Assembly (NCBI GenBank): GCA_951406725.2
Contig: OX597816.1
Location: 131,006,001-131,070,000, forward strand
Direction: 5' to 3'
Source of the DNA: Octopus vulgaris
Taxonomy: Eukaryota
DNA length: 64,000 bases
A program made the translations under genes and the position numbers. Of this stretch, positions 1 through 11,630 are shown piece by piece. Under the pieces are notes generated by a model that saw only the letters and a list, made by a program, of their open reading frames with translations, was not told the DNA's origin and did no database searches. Numbering within the stretch: the first letter of the stretch is position 1; the number at the start of each line of letters is the position of its first letter.

Positions 1-19
1 TATATATATATATATATTT

Positions 20-250
20 ATGTGTGTATATGACTTTATGTCCCTGTTTATCCACCCCACCACCATAGCTTGACAGCCGATATTGGTGTATTTACGATCC
101 CGTAAACTAGCAGTTCGGCAGAAGAAACCGATAGAATAAGTATTAGGCTTGCAAATCCTAATACGAATTCTTCGACTAAAATACCCTTCTAGGAGGTGCT
201 CCAACATGGCCGCAGTCAAATTACTGAAACAATAAAAGAATAAAAAAAGA
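20..250 (+). mobile_element. SINE family B, 3' half
   Basis: Shares gcttgacaaccgat..ggtgt..ttacg..cccgtaa..agcagttcggcaaaagagaccgatagaataagt..ggtgctccagcatggccgcagtcaaatgactgaaac with the copies at 10280-10690 and 51650-51965; A-rich tail. Confidence 0.75.
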
Positions 251-396
251 ATAAACTTTCCTTTTTTCTGAGTGTGTGTCTTTCTCTCACCCCCTCTCTC
301 TCTCCACACGCACACATAAATGTAGTAATTTCCTGCCACATACTCTCAATCTCTAGCATTCCTTCTTTCTCTCTTCTCTCTCTCTCTCTCCCTCTT

Positions 397-429
<33 letters not shown>

Positions 430-595
430 CCATCTATCTATCTATCTATCTCTATCTCTCTATCTCACGTAATATGCTTTCTCTTTCTTCTCTCAAACAT
501 ACGTAGTTTCTCTCTCCCTCTCTCTCTTTCTCGCTCACACACACACATGCACACACACTCATGCACACACACACAAAATCAATGAATCAATGAAT

Positions 596-640
<45 letters not shown>

Positions 641-643
<3 letters not shown>

Positions 644-940
644 CGGGAAGCTTTATGAAAATAGACAAAAGACGAAGGCAGGTTTACGGAAATAAACAAA
701 AGACGAAGGCAGGTGGAATACAAACAAACAATTGTATTAGTAAGGCGCTCAGGAAATATAAATGAAACAAGTCTTTAACGTTTCGAGCCTACGCTCTTCA
801 ACAGAAAGATACACAGAGAAAAAAAAACACAGAAAGAAGGAGAGAAAAAAAAATGCGTGCAGAAGCTAGCGAATCAACATGGCGATCTGATTTCGGCCAG
901 AAGTCAAAGATCAAACATGAGACGCAAGAGCGAAATTAAC
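641..940 (-). mobile_element. Penelope-like pLTR fragment carrying a hammerhead-like motif and ending in (TA)n
   Basis: On the minus strand the motif at 809-772 is followed by tttcctgagcgcc..taatac..ttgtattccac, also present in the 6311 and 20850 repeats, then (TA)n. Internal 31-bp-period duplication at about 659-714. Confidence 0.6.
772..809 (-). ncRNA. Minimal type-I hammerhead-like motif (core CUGUUGA, A6U change)
   Basis: Minus strand reads UCUUU CUGUUGA A GAGC-GUAG-GCUC GAAA CGUU AAAGA: 5-bp stem I, 4-bp stem II, palindromic ACGU stem III. Confidence 0.7.
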
Positions 941-1385
941 ACACACACACACACACACATCACGCACACACACACTCATATACTCGCTTTCTCATACACA
1001 TATATATGTATGAGACACACACGCACACATGCAGTGACACACACATACACAGACATATGTACACACAAATCAACGCATTCCTAAATCCCCACATACATTC
1101 TCCCATAAGAAATATGCACACGAAACTACTGATGCTGCTACTATTACTGCTACGCAGAGAGAACTGACTCTCCAACTAGTTTATAGCTGTAATAGTTTCT
1201 TCCCAGTAGTTCAAGGTTCTGTTTGCTTTTCATGATCTTTCAACGAAGCGTATCATTGTATAGAATAACGGTTTTGTATGATTTTTTATCGTACACGCAC
1301 ACATACACATATACACGAGTATATATATATAAATATATACACACACACACACATACATACATACATACATACATACATACATACA

Positions 1386-1418
<33 letters not shown>

Positions 1419-1433
1419 GTATATATATACATA

Positions 1434-1465
<32 letters not shown>

Positions 1466-2031
1466 CAACAACAACAACAACAACAATAATAATAATAATA
1501 AATGCGAAACGAATGTCAGTGTGTCACACTTTTCAAATTTACTCCTCCAACCCGCGATCTCACTATTCAATGACACTTCTACTGTTCCTCATGCTTACCC
1601 ATCTCTCGCTACTCAGTGACTCTTCTACTAATCTTTATTCTTGGTTTTTCTTAATCCTAACATTTTGAAAAATCTTTCTATAAATACCATAACTGTATCG
1701 AGTAATTTATCCATAACACGTGCTTCATAACGATCGGAAATGAAATACCTATTGAACTCACTCTCTCATACAATATTCCCTCTCTACCATAAAAATGTTG
1801 GAAACTTAGTATTTTTCAGATATTAATAAAATTTGTCGGACCTATTTTCATGCCGTCGGCCATCAGAATTATGAAAATAGATTCGACTAAATTTATTATT
1901 ACCTTAAAAATACTAAAAGAAATACTAAATTTCAAACATCTTTATGATCAAATACGTTTAGTCAATTCCAAACCATAAAAATCGTGCTTTAAAATAGTGT
2001 TTAGCGACAGTGGTGTAATTTTCCTTCAAAC

Positions 2032-2092
2032 TACGTACCAGCTACTACAAATGATTGTTTGATACGTACCAGCTACTACAAATGATTGTTTG
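2032..2092. repeat. 31-bp tandem duplication
   Basis: tacgtaccagctactacaaatgattgtttg(a) occurs twice in tandem. Confidence 0.9.
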
Positions 2093-2494
2093 TACGAAAT
2101 GTAAGGCCCTACGTACATCAAATTGTCTTTAAATTAAGTGGCGACAAAAGAATTACCGTTGAACTTTTAAAAGGTTAGTTTACTGTTGCCTACGGCCAAC
2201 TATATGCTGGTTGTTCAAGAGTAGGGAATGGAAACAAGCTATCTGTACTGATCCCGACTAGGAAGACAAAAAAATGTTGTTTATCATGCAGCTTTGCAAT
2301 AAGTTCCAAGTCGACAAATTATATCATCGTTTTGATGAAAATTGTTCATTGGTTGAAAAATATTGTTCAAGTTTGATCAAATTTAATATGTACTCAATGC
2401 ATAAAGTGTCATTGTTTGGCCCAAGGCCTAATGAAGGGCCTTCCAACAGAACTAGCTTAAAAGCCTCTCGACAGGACGGCTTTTAAGCTAGTGT

Positions 2495-2705
2495 ACGTTA
2501 GCATGCCGGGAGAAATGCGTAGCCGTATTTCGTCTGCCGTTACGTTCTGAGTTCAAATTCCGCCGAGGTCGGCTTTGCCTTTCATCCTTTCGGGGTCGAT
2601 AAATTAAGTACGAGTTACGCACTGGGGTCGATGTAATCGACTTAATCCGTTTGTCTGTCCTTGTTTGTCCCCTCTGTGTTTAGCCCCTTGTGGGTAGTAA
2701 AGAAT
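2495..2705 (+). mobile_element. SINE family A (tRNA-related head, conserved central domain)
   Basis: cgttagca..ccggg..aaatgc..agc.gtatttcgtctg..gttctgagttcaaattccgccgaggtcg.ctttgcctttcatcctttcggggtcgataaattaagtac; more than 10 copies in the window. Confidence 0.85.
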
Positions 2706-2713
2706 TATATATG

Positions 2714-2749
<36 letters not shown>

Positions 2750-2760
2750 TATATGTATAT

Positions 2761-2827
<67 letters not shown>

Positions 2828-3361
2828 GGAAGTAAAATTCAATTTAGTATTAAATCAAATTTCACAATATAAATATATAATATATAAATTAGAGAAAACC
2901 ACTGTTATGCAATTCAAACAATGATAGACATAAACCAAATCATAAATAAAAAATAAAATATTTTTTTAAACATATAACTATATATATATATGATGGTTTT
3001 TGGTAAGCATCGTCGATTTTTACAATTCTGTAAATAATAATAATGATAATGATATTTTATAAGCTTAAAGTTTATAAGCGATCAGTGCAGATGTAAGCCG
3101 AAATGATTGTAGTGCTAAATAAAGCTTACAGTACATTCTGTCTTCCCTGGCAATTATTTAAAGTATTCTAAACGTGCTCCGCAGAATCCCTTACGTAGAT
3201 CCTGCAACTAAAGTGCACTACCGCGGATGACACCTGGTAGCTGTATGTAGTAAACGTACTCCCAAAGCACACTACTAGGGGCATATCCACAACAAGGTTT
3301 AGATACTACATTTTAACTTTAATATTTAAGCATCATATATATATATATATATATATACATA

Positions 3362-3856
3362 CTGTAAATCCTCGAGTATAGTCCGCCCTTGAGTATAATA
3401 CGCAAGCGATTTTTAGGGGGCTGTACCTCTGAAAAACCTAAACCTTGTGTATAATACTTAACTTGAGTCAAGGAAGTCCATATAACGTCCTTGGTTTGTA
3501 AAACTGTATACGGTAACGTCCTTTATTATTATTGTATATATAACATAATGCAAACGAGTAGCTTTTTTGTGCATTTTGTTTGCAGAAGATAAAGAAATAA
3601 CAGTAATAACAGTAAAAACCTTTAATAAATATTGCTTACTGCAAGTTATGGATGATTCTTTTATGACTTCATTGCTTTCAGGCTTAGTTTAAAGTATTTT
3701 CGCCCCCGACATCATAAAATGCGCCTGAATAAACATTGTCGGACAGCAAATAGAGTCTGGGACATTGCTTAGAAAATAATTTTCTTTTTTATTTGCACTA
3801 GGGATTTTGACCTTTAAATTTTGGGGAAAATGCGGATTATACTCGAGGATCTACGG
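3362..3856. mobile_element. pogo/Tc1-type MITE
   Basis: TIRs ctgtaaatcctcgagtatagtccgc and gcggattatactcgaggatctacgg; left end preceded by TA, inserted in (TA)n; no ORF. Confidence 0.8.
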
Positions 3857-3987
3857 TGTATATATATATATATATATACATATACGCATTTGTATAGGAT
3901 AATCTATAAATATTTATAGAAACGGATAGATAATACATACATATATGCATATACATACACACACATGCATACACTCACAAACACACA

Positions 3988-4055
<68 letters not shown>

Positions 4056-4186
4056 AATATACTTATACATATATATATACTTATATATACACAGACTTAT
4101 ATACATATACACATTTATATACACACACATTTATATACACACACATTTATATATATACATATTTATATATATATGTATACATGTAT

Positions 4187-4220
<34 letters not shown>

Positions 4221-4936
4221 AGAGAGAGAGAGAGGGGGAGAGAGAAGAGAGAGAGAGGTGAGAAAGAAAATGAAATATATATGTGTAGACATATACACAT
4301 ACATGCATCAAAGCACATTCGTGTATGCACATAAACACATATATATGCGTGTACATACACATGAACATACATATATGCATGTAAATCCATACACCCATAC
4401 TCACACACATACTCCCATCCACATACACACACACAAATACACCCCACCACATATACACACGCACAAACACACATACACACACACGCACACAGCACACTCA
4501 TATACTGAATGCCCTTGTAGACTCAATCTACTAGAATTTTTCCATAAAGTAGTTAGTCCCTAATCCGGACAATAAACAACCAGCGAGGGCGTTTCCCCCC
4601 ATTCAGCAATAGCCGGTAATAAGTATAATGTTACACACACTCCTATATTTCCAACTCCAACATATTCTTGGCAACTGCCAGCCATTTAACCCATGATCTA
4701 TCTAGTTTTAAGAATTTTCTCACAAATTTGCTCGGTTTCTCTCGCTCGCTAACTCATATCTTTCTTTCATCACCGACATCTTTCCTTCTTGTTTACGTAC
4801 ACGGATGGATATCTGTACATAAGTGAGTGTACAGGCGCAAGTATATGTATATGTACATATATATATTTACTTAGATATATCCATATTTAAATACATATAT
4901 ATATATAATGTGTGTGTGTGTGTGTGTGTGTGTGAC

Positions 4937-4977
4937 AACTTCCGACGAACGCTAACGTGAAACTCTGAGTAACGGTT
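4937..4977 (+). ncRNA. Hammerhead-like motif (CCGACGA core) in a pLTR-like fragment
   Basis: AACUU CCGACGA ACG-CUAA-CGU GAAA CUC U GAG UA ACGGUU. Homologous to the motifs at 26690 and 26796; stem I is partly degenerate. Confidence 0.65.
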
Positions 4978-5034
4978 TATGAAGATGATTTTTTTCTGCT
5001 TTGATAAAAATATGTATACATACATTTTTACATA

Positions 5035-5919
5035 CGTGGTCTGATCAATAAATATCCGGACTGTTGCCATAGTAACGAAGCTTAAGCACTGCACAGACTG
5101 ACCTTGAATGCTGCTGTATATGCACACAACGTTTTAACGTTCTAGCTAACTTCCGCTGTTTACAACAGTGCTCGGAAGTAACGCGTGTAGCTTGTGATCG
5201 TCGCATTCACCATGACAGAGAGAGTTGAGCAGGGAGTCTGCATCAAATTTTGCCAAAAGCTTGGCGATACCTGCTCAGATGCCTACGCAAAGTTTTCAAA
5301 AGATTTTCATCGTTCTCGACACAATCAAGATCTTGTGCAACTGAAATCCGAGTGTCTTTTTGGTCAGCTGAAAGCAGTTTTGGCACAAACTCGGCAGAAA
5401 CTTGGAGTCTCATACCCAAATCTTCAGTGATAATGGACTGAATTGAACCGTGACTAACCTGCACATCTTCTTATAACTCACGGATGGTGATTCGAAGATT
5501 TCCCCTTTGAGCTGCGCGCACATCTGCAATGTTTTTCTCAATTCCGCTGGTTGTGGGTCTCCCAGGACGTTCGTCAATATCGACTCTTTTCGACCATCTT
5601 GGAAACATCTGAAACACTCCTACATTTGTATGCAGCTCATACACTCCTCTCCATACACTTTCTGAAACTTTGTGTAAGCCTCTGAGTAGGAATCGCCATG
5701 ACAACTTTCTGTATCACAGTCAATGCGACGATCACATGCTACACTCTTCCTTCCAAGCAATGCTGCAAGCAATGTGCTAGAACGGAAGTGAGCTAGAATG
5801 TTAAAAGTTTATGCACATGCACAGCAAGTTCACGGTCAATTTTTGTCTAACGGCTTCACTCTACGTGCTTTAGCTTCGTTACTATAGCAACAGTCCGGAT
5901 GCTTATTGATCAGACCTCG
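5035..5919. mobile_element. Mariner-derived fold-back element made of two 5' ends head to head
   Basis: TIRs cg(t/a)ggtctgatcaataa..atccggactgttgc.atagtaacgaagct flanked by TA. The plus strand encodes MTERVEQGVCIKFCQKLG. The minus strand carries frameshifted transposase N-terminal pieces (ERPGRPTT, RITIREL, SIITEDLGMR, FVPKLLSADQK). Confidence 0.85.
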
Positions 5920-6177
5920 TACACAACCACACCCACACACACATACGTATGTATGTATATAAGAAAATATTGTCAAAAGGCATGAGAGGTGGATATATAT
6001 TTATTTAACCAATCCCTTCTCTAGGATTACAGCTGTTTCGCAACCGTCCTCTTGAAGTATTAATTTCAGTATGGAAGAAATTATGCGTATATGTTTGCAT
6101 TAATATATATACTCATCATTATACAACACAATTCTGCAATCTCTGATTTCACATCCTTTACTACTCGTGTGTGTGTG

Positions 6178-6299
<122 letters not shown>

Positions 6300-6310
6300 T
6301 GTGTGTGTGT

Positions 6311-6517
6311 GACCTTGTGAGTACCGCTGGCGACTTTTTCCTCTGTCTTCCCTCCTCGGGATCTTTCCTTCTCCTATGTTTCCGACGAAGAGCTCCGCTC
6401 GAAACGTTAAACCCTCCTTCTTCCCTTCTTTCCTGAGCGTCCAATAATACTTTATTTGTTCCACGTCCTCGCGTTGTTGTTTTTTTGTTTTTTTGTGTGT
6501 TCTTGTTTGGATTAACT
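6311..6517 (+). mobile_element. Penelope-like pLTR fragment with hammerhead motif, ending in (TA)n
   Basis: Close match to 20850-21042; hammerhead at 6378-6412; flanked by (TG)n and (TA)n. Confidence 0.65.
6378..6412 (+). ncRNA. Minimal hammerhead-like motif (CCGACGA core)
   Basis: GUUU CCGACGA A GAGC-UCC-GCUC GAAA CGUU AAAC. Confidence 0.7.
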
Positions 6518-6649
6518 ATATATATATATATATATTGTATTGTATTGGCATCCTTTCTGTCTCGGGAGACAATGGAGTTGCGCATGTTTTTTTTTGTTTT
6601 GTTTTTTTTTTGTTTTTTGTTTTTTGTAGTCTAGTCCGGCTTTTATATT

Positions 6650-8500
6650 TCATGTCCTGATACATTTCCTGCTGTGGCTGTGTAGTCCTATCCTGGACAA
6701 ACACTCCCTCTGGCAACTACCGCAAATGTAGCGAAGATTGTTCCTGGCTGGTTGTAGTGCCATAGTCTCTTGTTTACGTCTCTTCCTTTCTTTCCATTTC
6801 TCCTCTCGCTCTCTGTCCCTCTTTTGTATTCCCTCTTTTACTGTACGTTGCCATTTTCCACGGTTGCCGGCAACTGCCCCCCAACCGCTAAAATTGATGT
6901 TGCAGGCCTTCATATCCCTTTTGCAAACATCCCTGTAACGTAAGATCGGTCTACCCACAGACCTAGTACCCCTAGCAAGCCCTCCGTAGAGTATGTCCTT
7001 GGGGATTCTGCCATCTTTCATACGGCTAACATGCCCAAGCCATCTCATACGTCTTTGTGTGAGGAGTGCAAACATTCTTGGTATTCCTGCTTGCCTGAGG
7101 ACATCTTTGTTGAGGGTATGATTCTGCCATTTGATGCGGAGGATTTTTCGGAGGCAGCGGAGGTGAAAGATGTTTAGGCGACGCTCTTGGCGTGTGTATA
7201 GCGTCCAGGTCTCGCTTCCATACAGTAGAGTGCTGAGTACACATGCCTGGTAGATCTTCATTTTCGTGGTCTTGGTCAGCTTATTGTTGTCCCAAGCCCG
7301 TTTGGAGAGTTGGGCCATCGCAGCAGCTGCCTTGCCAATGCGTATATTGAGCTCAGCGTCAAGGGATATGTTGTAGGTGACGGTAGAGCCCAGATAGGTA
7401 AACTTATCCACCTCTTGTAATCTGTGGTCTCCAATATGTATGTTTGGGATGTCCGATGTAGCCTGGCCCATGATGTTGGTCTTCTTAAGGCTGATAGCTA
7501 AGCCAAAGTCGTTACATGCTTGCTCAAAACAGTTAATGAGCCTTTGGAGGGCTTCTTCTGTGTGTGTTACCAGAGTGGCATCATCAGCAAATAACATCTT
7601 GATCAGGACGTTTCTGATTTTGGTCTTGGCACGCAGGCGCGAGAGATTGAACAGTTTCCCGTCACTTCTACTGTGCAGAAACACTCCATCATCTGATGTC
7701 TGAAAGGCATGTGAAAGTAAGAGTGAGAAGAAGATGCCAAACAATGTAGGAGCGAGGACACAGCCTTGCTTTACCCCGTTTTTTATTTGGAAGGCGGCTG
7801 ATGTTGAACCGTTGTGCTGTATGGTGCCTTGCATGTCATCATGGAAAGACTTGATGATCCTCAGCAGCTTTGGTGGACATCCGATTTTTTGGAGCAGGAG
7901 GAAGAGGCCTGTTCTGCTTACCGAGTCAAAAGCCTTTGTTAGATCAATGAAGGCCATATATAATGGCATTTTCTGCTCTCTGGACTTCTCCTGAAGTTGG
8001 CGTATGGAGAATATCATATCGATAGTTGATCTGCTTCTTCTAAAGCCACACTGCGATTCCGGATAGATTCGAGAAGCAAGTAGTTGTAGCCTGGCCAGGA
8101 TAACGCGGGCAAAGGTCTTTCCAACAGTGCTTAGAAGGGATATGCCACGGTAATTGTTACAATCACCACGGTCACCTTTGTTTTTGTAAAGCGTAATGAT
8201 GTTGGCATCCCGCATATCCTGAGGGACTGTACCCTCTTCCCAGCACTGACACAGAAGTTCATGAAGGTGCCGAAGCAGGATGGTGTTTTTGCCGGCTTTG
8301 ATGATCTCTGAGGGGATGCCGTCTTTTCCCGGAGCCTTATTTCTTGCTAGAGAGTCAACAGCCTTGGTGAGCTCTGCTATAGATGGCGGACAGTCAAGTT
8401 CGCACATGACTGGCAAGATCTTGACACTCTCGACTGCAGCCTCAGCCACTGTGGTGTCCCGTGAGTAGAGATCCTGGTAGTGCTCCACCCATCTATCCAT
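6650..8500 (-). CDS. RTE reverse transcriptase ORF segment (616 aa), cut off from the upstream part by a frameshift
   Basis: KAPGKDGIP, NYRGISLLS, PESQCGFR, FIDLTKAFDSV, GVKQGCVLAPTLF, MLFADD, FTYLGS, LLYGSETW, RWLGHV, CGSC..GLHSH..C. Confidence 0.9.
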   Translation of the reverse strand: MDRWVEHYQDLYSRDTTVAEAAVESVKILPVMCELDCPPSIAELTKAVDSLARNKAPGKDGIPSEIIKAGKNTILLRHLHELLCQCWEEGTVPQDMRDANIITLYKNKGDRGDCNNYRGISLLSTVGKTFARVILARLQLLASRIYPESQCGFRRSRSTIDMIFSIRQLQEKSREQKMPLYMAFIDLTKAFDSVSRTGLFLLLQKIGCPPKLLRIIKSFHDDMQGTIQHNGSTSAAFQIKNGVKQGCVLAPTLFGIFFSLLLSHAFQTSDDGVFLHSRSDGKLFNLSRLRAKTKIRNVLIKMLFADDATLVTHTEEALQRLINCFEQACNDFGLAISLKKTNIMGQATSDIPNIHIGDHRLQEVDKFTYLGSTVTYNISLDAELNIRIGKAAAAMAQLSKRAWDNNKLTKTTKMKIYQACVLSTLLYGSETWTLYTRQERRLNIFHLRCLRKILRIKWQNHTLNKDVLRQAGIPRMFALLTQRRMRWLGHVSRMKDGRIPKDILYGGLARGTRSVGRPILRYRDVCKRDMKACNINFSGWGAVAGNRGKWQRTVKEGIQKRDREREEKWKERKRRKQETMALQPARNNLRYICGSCQRECLSRIGLHSHSRKCIRT

Positions 8501-8541
8501 TTGCTTGCCTTGATCCCTGATGAGATCTCCAGTAGTTGATT

Positions 8542-9187
8542 TCAGAGGGGATGAATGGTTGCGGATGGGCCGAGGGCCTTCTTCAAACCGGCATACATCC
8601 CACGGGTGTCGCCCCTGTCAGCAGCTGACTGGATACTCTGACAGATTTCCTGCCAATACCTATTTGCACAGCGTCTGGCTGTCAGTTGGGTTTTATTTCG
8701 TGCCTTTCTGAGTTCTTCGAGTGACTTTGTAGAAGAGTCACTCTTGTATTGCACCAGAGCTGCACGCTTTGCTTCGATAACTGGCTCCAGCATTGAGAGC
8801 CCAGCATTGAACCAATCTGGGTTTTGCCTTTCTCTCATGCCGAAAGTATCCAATGATGTCGTATACAAGGCTTCCTTGATATAGTCCCACCTACTTTCAG
8901 CAGAGGAGGTTGGGCAGCTACTGAGGGCAACCTTGATAGAAGCAGCAAAACATTTTCGCAGTGTAGGGTCCGAGGTTCTGGCGGTGTTGATGCGTGGTCG
9001 GCCCACTTTTTTGGAGCGATGGACTTTTTTAGGCAGAGTCCTCACCCTGCTTCTAATTAGTGAGTGGTCTGTGTCACAATCCGCGCTGTGGTAACTGCGG
9101 GTCAATAGAGTAGAATTCAGAAAGGATCTCCGTGTAATGATGAGATCCAGCTGATGCCAGTGGTGAGATCTTGGATGTCTCCAGCTA
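8542..9187 (-). pseudogene. RTE endonuclease C-terminus and linker, frameshifted relative to the RT ORF
   Basis: SWRHPRSHHWHQLD, RSYHSADCDTDHSL, QNPDWF, ARRCANRYW, GMYAGLKKALGP; the frame breaks at about 8540. Confidence 0.85.
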
Positions 9188-10279
9188 CCGAGTTGTTTTG
9201 GCACTTATTTCTAGCAATGCTGATACCACTTAGTACCATCAGTCACGTTAGTGATGTCTATAAATTTGCCTTTAGTTTGTTAAATTGCTAATAAACCACC
9301 CATATTATTTGTGAAGAGATATATGGATTTAATTGAGTAATATTAAGTGCAAAAGCATTTATACAACATGATTTTCAACTACCTTAATTTCCATATGGAT
9401 CGCTGATAATTAAAGAATATTTTGCTAATTATGGAGCGAACTGAATACTGGATTGCCAGTTTATCTGTGGCAAATTCGGTCTCAAAACAACCTGAATCAT
9501 ACATAAATCTAGTCACAATGGAACACCTGCAATGAGATACGAGTTCACAGTTGATGAGATTGTTATTCAATACGTCAGTTGCTCTAAACTAACTTCTACT
9601 TACATGTTTAGAAAGTTTCTTAAATGGAAAAATAGTTTCAATGAAATGATTAAACGTTTCCTTTTACGTTTTTTGCAAGCTATTTTGTTCTTTTTTCCAT
9701 TAATTCTCACTTATATATTAGTTTTTATTTAGTTGTGATATAAACCTCGAATCTGCTGGTTAACTATCTACAACAGAGCATATTTGTTCCTAAATATTCT
9801 CTTTTCACGATAACACAATAACAATTTTATTTACTTAATTTTTGCTTTTATTATATTATCCCCCATTTCCACTCCATAGTTATCTGATCCTTTGAACTTG
9901 CTATTCAGTTTAGTCGTTATATGACCATTTTTCTCAGTGACCACATCACACCGTTGCCTTTTATTTCATTCAGTAGCCATTAACACATACTCCCATGTCC
10001 CTTATAAACACATTTTTGTCTGGGTTAAACTTACTAAAAAGCGGTGTGAAAATGTTACTTCCGGCCTACTTTCTGAAAGAGCGAAAACCTGCCTAATCTT
10101 TATGGTCGTTATGTAGAAGAAAGTTTAAGAAAATTAATACCAGAATTAAAAACCGTAATGGCATTGAAAATGTCAAAGAATTAAGGAGATATACAGTGAT
10201 ATCCTATTTCTTCAGTTACAACAATATTCTCAACGGTATGGGAAGCAAATTGTTGTATTAGAAGCCTCACATTAGAGCA

Positions 10280-10690
10280 AATTGTAAGAAATTTGCTTTG
10301 CAACCACATGGTTCCGGGTTCAGTTCCACTGCATGGCACCTTGATCAGGTGCCTTCTACTATTGCCTCGGGCCTTGTTAGTTGATGGTTTGGTAGAAGGG
10401 AACTGAAAAGCATTATGTATGTGTGTGTGCGTGCGTGTGTGTGTGTGTGTGTGTGTGTGTCGTTGAGTCTGTGTTTACCCCCCACCCCGCACCGCTTGAC
10501 AAGCGGTGCTGGTGTGTTTACGCCTCCGTCAATTAGCAGTTCGGCAAAAGTGACCGATAGAATAAGTGCCACACTTAAATAAATAAATATAGTCTTGGGG
10601 TGGATTTGTTTGACTAAAACCCTTCAAGTCGGTGCTCCAGCATGACTGTAGTTAAATGACTGGAACAAAGTGCAAAATAAAAGAAAAATG
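10280..10690 (+). mobile_element. SINE family B, near full length
   Basis: tRNA-like head (caaccacatggttccgggttcagttccactgc), central (TG)n and a 3' body shared with 20-250. Confidence 0.8.
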
Positions 10691-10910
10691 TAAGGCTTTA
10701 GAAAATTCCTATTATATTGCCTGTGCATCATGGATGACGTGAGGTTCATAATTTTCTTATACAGAAGTGTGATTTATAAAGCAAATTGAGCAAAACTTTT
10801 CTATGGCCATTTAAAAAAAATTTTTTTAATTAAATTTCCCCTCTAATATATATCTAATTAATGTAGACAGTGGTGTGGAATGTTTACCAAAAAGGAAAAC
10901 CATAACTGTC

Positions 10911-11010
10911 ACTATATATGACTAGGGTGTTAGAAACACCTACATTGCTACAAAAAGAAGCTCTTATTTCTAGCAATGTAGGTGTTCCTAACACCCTAGT
11001 CATATCTAGT
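10911..11010. repeat. 100-bp near-perfect palindrome (hairpin or MITE-like)
   Basis: Left arm actatatatgactagggtgttagaaacacctacattgctacaaaaaga matches the reverse complement of the right arm, actagatatgactagggtgttaggaacacctacattgctagaaataaga; centred on agct. Confidence 0.9.
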
Positions 11011-11019
11011 ATATATGTA

Positions 11020-11061
<42 letters not shown>

Positions 11062-11266
11062 CTCATACTGAGTCGAATTTTGGTCGGTAGAGTCAAAATG
11101 GCACTTTGTACATGTTACTGAGATCTTCAAAATGTTTAATTCTTACATGCATTCCCCTGATGAAAACAGTTTGTTTTTGTTTTTTGCATGATGTAACACT
11201 TCTTGTCATCAATAAAAATACGTCTGTAATAGAAGTGATTTTAACAGTTATTTTTGCAAAGCTATA

Positions 11267-11630
11267 ATGGAAGACAAAGGAGCATATTCAGCATATTTTG
11301 CTTTATGAGTTCAATAAAGGCAACAACACAACGGAAAGTGCGAGGAATATTAATGCAGTATATGGGGTTTGGACAATAAGCGTAAGCCAGTGTCAACGGT
11401 GGTTCCAGAAATTCCAAGCCGGAAACTACAACCTAGAAGACGAGCCTCGCCCTGGAAGATCTGTATAGCTCGACGATGACATCCTGCAAACCCTGGTGAA
11501 ACAAAATCCCATCGAAATTGTTGAGAAACTAACAGAGAAGTTTGCATTTGGTCATTCAACCATTCATTGACACCTGCGTGCCATCAGAAAAGTCAGCAAA
11601 TTGGGTCAATGGATTCCTCACAAATTTTCC
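11267..11630 (+). pseudogene. Mariner transposase N-terminal relic
   Basis: Hand translation gives HILLYEFNKGNNTTESARNINAVYG, QCQRWFQKFQAGNYNLEDEPRPGR and VSKLGQWIPHK (WVPHEL-like); frameshifted. Confidence 0.85.

Larger units (their letters stand above)
6535..9187 (-). mobile_element. RTE-clade LINE, 5'-truncated, young
   Basis: End of APE domain (SWRHPRSHHWHQLDLIITRR, DCDTDHSL), RT domain and C-terminal Zn finger. The 3' stem-loop ccattgtctcccgagacagaaagg and (CAATA)n tail run into (TA)n. Confidence 0.95.
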
